Shown in pieces: positions 44,846 to 64,000 of a DNA stretch of 64,000 bases; positions within the stretch are counted from its first letter, which is position 1; each line of letters starts with the position of its first letter. Origin of the DNA: the human T2T-CHM13v2.0 reference genome, Homo sapiens; the NCBI RefSeq assembly GCF_009914755.1, contig NC_060947.1, one strand, 5' to 3'. Below the pieces are notes generated by a model. The model saw nothing but the letters and a program-made list of their open reading frames with translations, was not told where the DNA came from and did not search any database. A program made the position numbers and the translations under genes.

Positions 44846-46397
44846 CAGTCATGTATCACTTAACTGTAGGGATTCTTTCTGAGAAATGGATTGTTAGGCA
44901 ATTTTGTCATTATGTGAGTATCATAGAGTATACTTACACAAACCTAGATGATATACCTCGATATGGTTTAGCTCTGTGTCCCCACCTAAATCTCACCTTG
45001 AATTGTAGTTCCCATATCCCCATGTGTCATGGGATGGACCCGGTGGAAGGTAATTTAATCATGGGAGCAGTTACCCTCATGCTATTCTCGTGATATTGAG
45101 TGAGTTCTCACGAGATCTGATGGTTTTATAAGGGGCTTTCCCCCTACGGCTCGGCACTTTTCCCTTTTGCTGCCATGTGAAGGACATGTTTGCCTCCTTT
45201 TCCACCATGATTGTAAGTTTCCTGAGGTCTCCCAAGCCCTGCGAAACTGTGAGTCAAACCTCTTTCTTAGTCTCGGGCAGTTCTTTATAGCAGCATTAGA
45301 ATGGACTAATACAAGTCTATTACACAACTAGACTATATGGTATAGCCTCGTGCTCCTAGGCTGCAAACTTCTCCAGCTGTTACTATAGTAAATACTGCAG
45401 GCAGTTGTAACCCAAAGACAAGTGTTTGTGTCTCTAAACATAGAAAATGGACAGTAAAAATATGGTATAAAAGATTAAAAATGGTACACCTGTATTTGAC
45501 ACTTATGGTGAATGGAGCTTGCAGAACTGGAAGTTGCTCTGGGTATGTCAGTGAGTGAGTGGCGATTGAATGTGAAAACCTAGGACATTGCTATACATAC
45601 TGTAGACTTTATAAACACTGTATGCTTAGGCTACAGAAAATTTATTTTTAAATTTTTAATAATAAATTAACCTTTGCTTACTATAACTTTTAACTTCGTG
45701 AATTTTAAAAACATTTTAATTTTTTAATTTATTTATAGTAACACTTAGCTTAAAACGCAAACACATTGTATAGCTATACAATATATATTCTTTATATCCT
45801 TAGTCTATAAGCTTTTCAATTTTAATTTAATTTAATTTTTTTTAACTTTTAAAACTTTTTGTCAAAATGAAGACACACACACATTAGCGTAGGCCAACGC
45901 AGGGCCAGGATCATCAATATCACTCTCTTCTACTTCCACATCTTGTGCCACTAGAAGATCTTCAGGGGCGATAACATGCATGAAGCTGTCACCTACTATG
46001 ATAACAATGCCTTCTGGAATACCTCCTGGAGGACTTGCCTGAGGCTGTTTTACAGTTAACTTAAAAAAAAAAAACTAAGTAGAAAGTGTATACTCTAACA
46101 ATAAAAAGTATAGTGAAGTAAATACAGAAACCAGTAACATAGTTGTTTATTATCATTGTCAAATATTATTTACTGTATATAATTGCATATGCTCTACATT
46201 TGTATGACTGGCAGCATAGTATGTTTGTTTACACCAGCATCACCATGAACATATGAGTAATGTCTTATGCTACAATGTTATAATGGTTGCAGAGTCACTA
46301 GATGATGGGAATTTTTCAGCTCTATCATAATTTTATGGGACCACCATCGTATATGTGATCCATTGTTGACCAAAACATGATTATGTAATGCTGACTA
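44846..46397 (+). mobile_element. Second Tigger3b-type transposon, interrupted by a THE1 LTR
   Basis: ta|cagtcatgtatcacttaa...atgctgacta|ta; colinear with 26561-27753. Confidence 0.9.
44959..45313 (+). mobile_element. THE1 (C/D-like) solo LTR
   Basis: gatatggtttagctctgtgtccccacctaaatctcaccttgaattgtagttccc...gaatggactaataca; ~355 bp. Confidence 0.92.
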
Positions 46398-46609
46398 TAC
46401 ATATCTCCAAGGTTTTCTGGGTTTGCCCCAGCTTTTGCCTGAAACGTCCAGTTTTACCATGGTGCCAGTACTTCAGGGTTAATTCAGGTACTAGTACAAT
46501 TCAACATAAGCAACCTCCTTCAGTATATTCCTAGAGTACATAATGACTAAAATACTCTTATTAGCCACCAGATTATTGTTGCCTTCATCATTTTATTTTA
46601 CTTTGGGGA

Positions 46610-47400
46610 CACCTTTACTGAGATATAATTTATACATCATACAATGCACCTGCTTAAAGTGTACAATTTGATGGCTTTTAGTATTTTCAAAGTTATGATT
46701 CCATTACAATTCATGTTAGAACATTTTCATTACCCCAAAAATAAATCCTGCATCTCTTAGCCATCATCCCCTAATCAACGCATTTCCTCCAGCCCAAGGC
46801 AACCACTAATCTACTTTCTGTTTTAACAGCTTTGTCTATTCTGAGCATTTCATCTAAATGTAATCATAACATTTGTGGTCTTTTGTGACTAGTTTCTTCC
46901 ACTTCGTATGTTTTCTAGGTCTATGCATGTGGTAGCCTGTATCAGTACTTCATTCATTTTAATGCCCAAACAATATTCCATTTATAGATGTACTACATGT
47001 AGTTTATCCATTCACTAGTTAATGAACATTTGGGTTGTTTCTATCTTTTGGTTGTTATGAATAATGCTGCTATGAACATTTTTGTACAAGTCTTTTTGGT
47101 GACACATTGTTTCAGTTCTCATGAGTGTACACCCAGGGAGTGGAATTGCCGGGTCATGTGCTAACTTTATATTTAATTTACTGAGAAACTGTTAGACTGT
47201 TTTGCAAAATAGACGTACCATTTTATATTCCCTCCAGCAAATGTATAAGGGTTCTAATTTCTCCACATCTTCATAAACACTTGTTATTATCATTTTGTTA
47301 ATAGCCATCCTAGTGGGCATGAAGTGTATCTCATGGTTTTGGTTTGCATTTCCCTAATGAGCAATGATGCTGAGCATCTTTTCCTGTGCTTATTGGACTA
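46610..47400 (-). mobile_element. L1MB-type 3' end
   Basis: tgagatataatttatacatcatacaat...aggcaaccactaatctactttctg...ggagtggaattgccgggtcat. Confidence 0.8.
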
Positions 47401-49380
47401 CTTTGTATTTTAGCCCATCTGACAGGTGTGCAGTGATATCTCATTTGTGTTTTTAATTTGCATTTCCTTAGTGGCTAGTGATGTTGATCATCTTTTTATG
47501 TGCGTGTTTGCCATCTGTATATCCTCTTTGCTAAAATGTATTTTCATGCCTTTTACTTACTTTCTAATTTGATTTATTTTTACTCTTGAGTTTTGAGACT
47601 ACATTCTAGATACTGGTCCTTTATTGGATATGCAGTTAAATATTTTCTCCTAGCCTGTAGTTTGTCTTTCATCTTCTTAACAGGGTATTTTGCAGAACAA
47701 AAATTTTATATTTGATAAAATTCAGTCTATCAATTTTTCTTTTATGCATTGTGCTTTTGGTGTTAAGTCTAAAAATTCTGCCTAGCCCTAGATCCTATGT
47801 ATTTTCTTCTGCTTTTTTTTTTTTTGCTAAAAGTTTTATAGTTTGTTGTATTACATTTAAGTCTCTGATCCATTTTGAGTAACTTTGGTATAAGACATAA
47901 GAATCAGATAGAGGTTTATTACCTATGGATGCACAATTGCTCCAGCATTCCATTTTTGAAAAGGCAACTTGAATTTGCACCTCTGTCAAAAATTAGGCAT
48001 ATTTATGTGGGTCTATTTCTGTTCCACTAGCCTGTCTATTCCAGCATTAATTCCACACAATCTTGATTACTGTTCGAATCAGGAAGAATGTTTCTTTCCA
48101 CTTTCTTCTTTTCAAAATTGTTTTAACTGTTTTAGTTTCTTTATCTTTCCATATACATTTTAGAATAATCTTGTCTATATCTACCAAATATCTTGCTAGG
48201 ATTTTTGTAGGAATTGTGTTAAGTCTGTATATTTATTTAGGGAAAATTGACATATTTCTATTTTAAGTATTCCAATCCATGAATTCATATCTCTGCATCT
48301 ATTTAGATCTCCCCTAATACTTTTTCATCAGCATTGTGTAGTTTTCAGCATACAGATCCTCTCTATATTTTGTTATATTTATACCTAAGTATTTCAGCCT
48401 TTTGGCCAAATGTAAATTATAAATGGTATTGTATTTTTAATTTTGTTGTTCACATGGTCATTGCTCATATTTAGAGATACATTTGATTTTATGTTGATCT
48501 TGTATCCTGAGACCTTGCTGAATTCACTTACTAGTTCTGGGAGTGTTTTGTGGGCGCCTTGGGATTTTCTACATAGACGGTATATCATCTGCTAATAGGG
48601 ATACTATTATTTCTTCCTTTCCAATTTGTATACTGTTATATCCTTATCTTGCCTTATTGCGGTGTCTGGAATGACTAGAACTATATCGATTAGGAGTAGT
48701 AAGAGCATACATCCTTGCCTTGTGCCTAATTGTAGGGAGAAAACATTCAGCTTTTCACAATCAAGTATAATGCTAGCTGTAGGCATTTTGTAGATGTTAT
48801 CAAGTTGAGGAAGTTCCCATGTATTCCTGGTTTTCAGAGAGTCTTTATCATGTACATGTGTTGAATTTTAGCAAATGCTTTTTCTGCACTGAAGGATATA
48901 TATATACTTTGTCTTATTGTGCTTCACTTTATTGCAATTTGCAAGTATTGCAATTTTTATTTTTTTATTTTTTTATTATTTTTTTTTTTACAAATTGAAG
49001 GGTTTTGGCAACTCTATGTCAAGCAAGTCTATGGGTGCCATTTTTCCAAAAGCATGTGTTGCATTTTGATAATTCTCACAATATTTCAACCTTTTTCATT
49101 GTCATTATATCTATTATGGTGATTTGTGATCAGTTATCTTTGATGCTATATTCTAATTGTTTTGAGGTGCCACAAACCATGCCCATATAAGATGACAAAC
49201 TAAATCAATAAATGTGTGTGTTCTGATTACTCCATGGACTGGCCATTAACCCCCTTCCCCTCCCATTTCCTGTCTCTTTCCCTCTCGTCTTGTCTCCCTA
49301 TTTTCTGAGACACAATGGCCTCTAAATGTTCAAGTGAAAAGAAGAGTAGCATATTTCTCACTTTAGATCAAAGGCCAGAA

Positions 49381-51005
<1,625 letters not shown>

Positions 51006-51405
51006 CTAAAAGCATTGCATGCTAGAGAGAAATCTTGCATGAGAATCCATTGATGTTGCAAACTTCATTGTTGTCTTATTTTAAGAAAACGCCACAGCAC
51101 TCCAACCTTCAGGAACCACCACGCTGATCAGTCAGCAGCTGTCAACATCGAGGAAAGACCTCCCACTAGCAAAAACATTCCAACTCAATGAAGGCTCAGA
51201 TAGCATTTTTAACAATGAAGTATTTTTAAATTAAGGTATGTACATTTCTAGACATAATGCTATTGCACACTTAAGAGACTGAAGTATAGTATAAAAATAA
51301 CTTCTGTATGCACTGGGAAACAGAAAAATTTATGTGACTCACTTTATTGCGATACTTGCTTTAGGCAGTTGTGTGGAACTGAAACCGCAATATCTGAGAT
51401 ATGCT

Positions 51406-51407
<2 letters not shown>

Positions 51408-51447
<40 letters not shown>
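51408..51447. repeat. (TA)n microsatellite, ~20 units
   Basis: Direct reading; abuts the Tigger1 right terminus. Confidence 0.97.
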
Positions 51448-51451
<4 letters not shown>

Positions 51452-52335
51452 TCTTTAGCCTGTTAATATGGTGAAGTACATTGATTTTTGTATGTTTGAA
51501 TATTGAGCAAGTCTTATACCACTGGAATGAAGCCCAGTAGGTCATGATACATATTAAAATTTTCTGCAGAAGTTTATTTGCCAGTAGTCTGCTAAAGATT
51601 TTTGTATTTTGTTCATGAGGGATATTGGTCTGCAGTTTTCTTGTACTGTTTTTTTGTTCTAAATTTGATATCAGTGAAATAGTAGCTTCATAAAATGAAT
51701 TGGAAAGAGTTCTTTACATTCTGGAAAAGATTATAAACAATTGGTTATAATTCTTTTAATACTTGGTAGACTTGGTGAAACCATCTGTGATTGGAGTTTT
51801 CTTTTTGGGAGTTTTAAAATTATGAATTCAATTTTCTCTAGAGTTCTAGAGCTATTCTAATAATATATTTCATATTGAATTTCTTGTGAGAGTTTCTATT
51901 TTTTAATAAACAGTTTATTTTACCTAAGTTGTCAGATGTCTGTGTGAAGAGCTCATCATAGTATTACCATATTATTCTTTTCATGTGTGCAGGTTTTATA
52001 GTCACATCCCGTTTCATTCTTGGTACTAATAAATTGTGTTTTTTACCTTTTTCTTTGTCCATCTTGATTGAGATTTACTAATTTTATTGATATTTTCAGA
52101 GAACCAGATATTTGTTTAATTGATTTTTCTCTAATATTAAAATAATTTATTCAAGTTCATTGATTTATCTGATTTTATTTACTATTTCCTTTCTTTCACT
52201 TGTTTTGGGATTATGTTCTGTTTCTAGGTTCTTGAGGTGGGAGCTCAGATTATGAACTTGAGACTTTTATTCTTTTTTGACTTATTCAGTTAGTGCTATT
52301 AATTTCTCTTTCAGCACTGCGTTAGTTGTGTCTCA

Positions 52336-52371
<36 letters not shown>

Positions 52372-52407
52372 CCACAAATGTTTACAATGTATTTTTTACG
52401 TTAAAAA

Positions 52408-52470
52408 GTTTTAAAATTTTTGTGGGTACATAATAGGTTTATATATTTAGGGGGCACATGAAATTTTTAT
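52408..52470 (-). mobile_element. L1MA 3'-terminal stub
   Basis: aaatttttgtgggtacataataggtttatatatttagggggcacatgaaatttt matches 16150-16212. Confidence 0.7.
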
Positions 52471-53992
52471 TTTTTTTTATTTTTCTGTTTCCATAGGTTT
52501 TATGGAACAGGTGGTATGTGATTACATGAATAAGTTCTTTAGTAGTGATTTCTGAGATTTTGGTGCACCCATCATCCAAGCCGGGTAAACTGTACCCAAT
52601 GTGTAGACTTTTATCCCTCGCCACCCCCCACCCTTTTACCCGAGTCCCCAAAGTCCAATGTACTATTCTTATGCCTTTGCATCCTCATAGCTTAGCTCCA
52701 ACATATGAGTGAAAACATGATGATATTTGGTTTTCCATTCCTGAGTTACTTCACTTAAAATAATAGTCTGCACTTCCATGCAGGTTGCTGTGAATGCCAT
52801 TATTTCATTCATTTTTTTTTTGCTAAATACTATTCAATGGTATATATTTACCACATTTTCTTTATCTACTCATTGATTGTTGGGCATTTGGACTGGTTCC
52901 ATATTTTTGCAATTGCAAATTGTGCTGCTATAAACATGCATGTGCAAGTATCTTTTTCGTATAATGCCTTGTTTTCCTCTGGGTAGATACCTAGTAGTGG
53001 GATTGCTGAATCAAACAGTAGACCTACTTTTAGTACTTTAGGGAATCTCCCCCACTGTTTTCCGTAGTGGTTCTACCAGTTTACATTCCCACCTACAGTA
53101 TAAAAGCCTTCCCTTTTCACTACATTGATGCCAGCATGTATTTTTTTAATTTTTTGATAATGACCATTCCTGCAAGAGTTAGATGATATCACATTGTGAT
53201 TTCGATTTGCATCTCCCTGATCATTAGTGATGCTGAGCATTTTTCCATATGCTTTTTGGCCATTTGTATGTCTTCTTTTGAGAACTGTCTCTTCATGTCC
53301 TTTCCTTACTTTTTTGATGGGATTGTTTTTTTCTTGTTCATTTGAGTTCCTTTTAGATTCTTGATATTAGTCCTTTGTCAGATGTATCAACTGTGAAGAT
53401 TTTCTCCCAGTCTGTGGGTTGTGTGTTAACTCTGCTGATTATTTATTTTACTGTGCAGAAGCTTTTTAGTTTAAGTAGGTCCCATCTATTTATCTTTGTT
53501 TCTGTTGCATTTGCTTTTGGGTTCTTGGTCATGAAGTCGTTGCCTAAGCCGATTTCCAGAAGGGTTTTTCTGATGTTATATTCTAGAATATTTACAGTTT
53601 CAGGTCTTAGATTTAAGTCTTTGAGCCATCTTGAGTTGATTTTTGTATAAGGTAAGAGATGAGATCCACTTGGATTCTTCAACATATAGCTTGCCAATTA
53701 TCCCAGCACCATTTGTTGAATAGGATGTCCTTTCTTCACTTTACGTTTCTGTTTGCTTTGTCTAACATCAGTTGGATGTAAGTATTTGGGTTTATTTATG
53801 GGTTCTCTATTCTGTTCCATTGGTCTATGTGCCTATTTTTATACCAATACCATGTTGTTTTGGTGACTATGGCCTTATAATATAGTTTGAAGTCAGATAA
53901 TGTGTTGCTTCCAGATTTGTTCTTTTTGCTAAGACTTGCTTTGGGTATGCACGCTCTTTTCTGGTTCCATTTCAATTTTAGGATTTTTTTTC

Positions 53993-60910
<6,918 letters not shown>

Positions 60911-63900
60911 CCATGTTTTTTTTCTAGTTCTGTGATGAATGATGGTGGTATTTTGATTCGAATTGCATTGAATTTGTAGAATGCTTTTGGCAGTATGGTC
61001 ATTTTCACAATATTGATTCTACCCATCCATGAGCATAGGATGTGTTTCTATTGTTTTGTCATCTATGATTTCTTTCAGCAGTGTAATATAGTTTTCTTGT
61101 AGAGTCCTTTCATGTTCTTGGGTAGGTAGATTCCTAAGTTGTTGTTGTTTCTTTTTTTTTTTTTTTTGCAACTCTTGTGAAAGGGGTTGAGTTATAGATT
61201 TGATTTTCAGTTTGTTCACTGTTGGTGTATAGCAGAGCTACTGATTTGTGTAAATTAATTTTTTATACTGAATCTTCACTGAGTTCATTCACCAGAGCTA
61301 GGAGCTTTTTGGATGAGTCTTTAGGGTTTTCTAAGTGTATGATTATATCATCAGCAAGCAGTGACAGTTTGACTTCCTCGTTACTGATTTGGATACCCTT
61401 TATTTCTTTCTCTTGTCTGAGTTCTCTGGCTAGACTTCCAGTACTATGTTGAATAGAAGTGGTTAAAGTGGGAATCATGTCTTGTTCCAGTTCTGAGTGG
61501 CTATGCTTTCAAAGTTTTCCCTGTTCATTATAATGTTGGCTGTAGGTTTGTCATAGATGGCTTTTATTACATTAAGTTATGTCCATGCTATGCCAATTTT
61601 GCTGGAAGTTTTCTATGTAAAGGGATGCTGGATTTTTTTAATGCCTTCTTTGTGTCTATTGAGATCATTATGTTATTTCTGTTTTTGATTCTGTTTATTG
61701 GATGTATCACATTTATTGACTTACATATGTTAAACCATCTCTGCATCCCTGGTATGAAACCCACTTGATTATGGTAGATTATCTTTTTGATATGCTGTTG
61801 GACTCAGTTTGCTGGTATTTTTTTGAGGATTCTGCATCTATGTTTTTCAGGGATATTGGTCTGTAGTTTTCTTTTTTTATGTTATTTCCTGATTTTGGCA
61901 TTAGGGTGATACTGGCTTCCTAGAATGATTTAGGGAGGATTCCCTCTTTCTCTGTGTTTTGGAATAGTGTCAATAAGATTGTTATCAGTTCTCCATTGAA
62001 TATCTCATAGAATTCAGCTCTGAATTTGTCTGGTCCTGGACTTTTTTTTCTTGGCAATTTTTAAATTACCATTTCAATCTTGCTGCTTGTTATTGGCTTG
62101 TTTAGAGATTCTATACCTTCTTAGTTTAATCTAGGAGGGTTGTGTATTTTCAGAAATTTATCCATATCCTCTGGATTTTCTAGTATTTGCATGTAAAGGT
62201 GTTAATAGTAGCCTTCAAAAATCTTTTATATTTCTGTTGTATCAGTTTTAATATCTCCCATTTCATATCTTATTGACCTTATTTGGATTTTCTCTCCTCT
62301 TTTCTTGGTTAATCTCATTAATGGTCTATCAATTTTTTTATCTTATCAAAGAACCAGCTTTTTGTTTCATTTATCTTTTGTAATTTTTTTGTTTTAATTT
62401 CATTTATTTCTGCTCTGATCTTCATTATTTCTTTTCTTCTGCTGGCTTTGGGTTTGGATTTTTCTTGTTTCTCCAATTTTTTGAGGTGTGACCTTAGATT
62501 GTTTGTTTGTGCTCTTTCAGACTTTTTGATGTAGGCATTTAATGCTATGAACTTTCCTCATAGCACCACTTTTGCTGTAACCCAGAGGTTTTGGTAAGTT
62601 GTGACACTATTATCATTCAGTTCAAAGAATTTTAAAATTTTTGTCTTGATTTCATTGTTAAACCAATGATTGTTCAGAAGCAGGTTATTTAATTTCCATG
62701 TATTTGCTTTATTTGCATGGTTTTGGAAGTTCCTTTTGGAGTTGATTTTCAATTTTATTCCACTGTGTTCTAAGAGAGTTCTTGATATTACTTTGATTTT
62801 CTTAATGTACTGAGACTTGTTTATGGACTATCTTATATCTTGAAGAATGTTCCATGTGCTGATGAATAGAATGTATATTTGGGTAGAATGTTCTGTAATT
62901 ATCTGTTAAGTCCATTTGTTGTAGAGTATAGTTTGAATTCATTGTTTTTTGTTAACTTTCTTTCTTGATGACTTGTCTAGTGCTGCCAATTGAATATTAA
63001 AGTCCCCCATTATTATTGTGTTGCCATCTATCTCATTTCTTAGGTATAATAGTAATTGTTTTATGAATTTGGGAGCTCCAGTGGTAAGTGCATATATAAT
63101 TAGAATTTTTCTGTTGGATGAGGCCTTTTTATCATTATATAATTTCCTTCTTTGTCTATTAAACTGCTGTTGCTTTAAAGTTTGTTTTGTCTGATATAAG
63201 AATAGATACTCCTGCTCATTTTTGGTGTCCATTTGCGTGGAATATCTTTTTCCACCCCTTTATCTTAAGTTTATGTGAATTCTTACAGGTTAGGGGAGTT
63301 TCCTGAAAGTAGCATAAACTTGGTTGGTGAATTGTTATCTGTTCCTCCATTCTATGTATTTTAAATGGAACATTTAGGCCGTTTACTTTCAAAGTTAGTA
63401 TTGAGATATGAGGTACTATTCTATTAATTGTGCTATTTGTTGCCTGAATACCTTGTGTGTTTGTGTGTGTGTTTTTTTTTTTTTCATTCAGAACCTTTAA
63501 GGAGGTTCTGTTTTGGTATATTTTGAGTGTATTTGGTATATTTTGAGTCAATTTATTTCAAGATCTAGAGCTCCTTTTAGCAGTTCTTGTAGTGCTGGCT
63601 TGGTAGTGGCATATTCTCTCAGCATTTGTGTATCTGGAAAATACGGTATCTTTCCTTCATTTATGAGGTTTAGTTTTGCTGGATACAGAATTCTTGGCTG
63701 ATAATTGTTTTGTTCCAGGAGGCTAAAGATAGGATCCAAATCCCTTCTAGTTTGTATGATTTCTGCTGAGAAATCTGCTACTAATCTGATAGGTTCTCTT
63801 TAATAGGTTACCTGTTGCTTTTGCCTCACATCTCTTGAGATTCTTTCCTTCATCTTGACTTTAGATAACCTGATGTCTGTGTGCCTAGGCAATTATCTTT

Positions 63901-64000
63901 TTGTGAGGAATTTCCCAGGTGTTCTTTGAGATTCTTGTATTTGGATGTCTAGATCTCTAGCAAGGATGTGGAAGTTTTCCTTGATTATTCCCTCAAATAT

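Overview
Primate (human-like) genomic DNA, AT-rich and made almost entirely of transposable-element fossils. No host protein-coding exon, intact L1 ORF1/ORF2, tRNA/rRNA or CRISPR-type structure can be supported; nearly all listed ORFs are broken L1 ORF1/ORF2, Tigger1 transposase or antisense/LTR shadow frames. LINE-1 copies of many ages dominate (L1PA4/5/8, L1PA10-16-like, L1PB, L1MA2/3, older L1M). The 23-52 kb part also holds MaLR LTRs (MLT1, MST including a two-LTR element, THE1), a MER11 solo LTR, Tigger1, two Tigger3b, hAT-Charlie elements, old Alus, MIR, L2 and probable CR1/L3 fragments. The most informative observations are an open 124-codon antisense ORF0-homologous frame in an L1PA8-type 5'UTR, a four-level and a three-level nested insertion with readable target-site duplications, two twin-priming inversions, a 3'-truncated U2 snRNA retrocopy and several microhomology deletion junctions. 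I found no convincing evidence of a new biological system. Subfamily names come from recalled consensus motifs, not a database search, and boundaries of the old elements are approximate.
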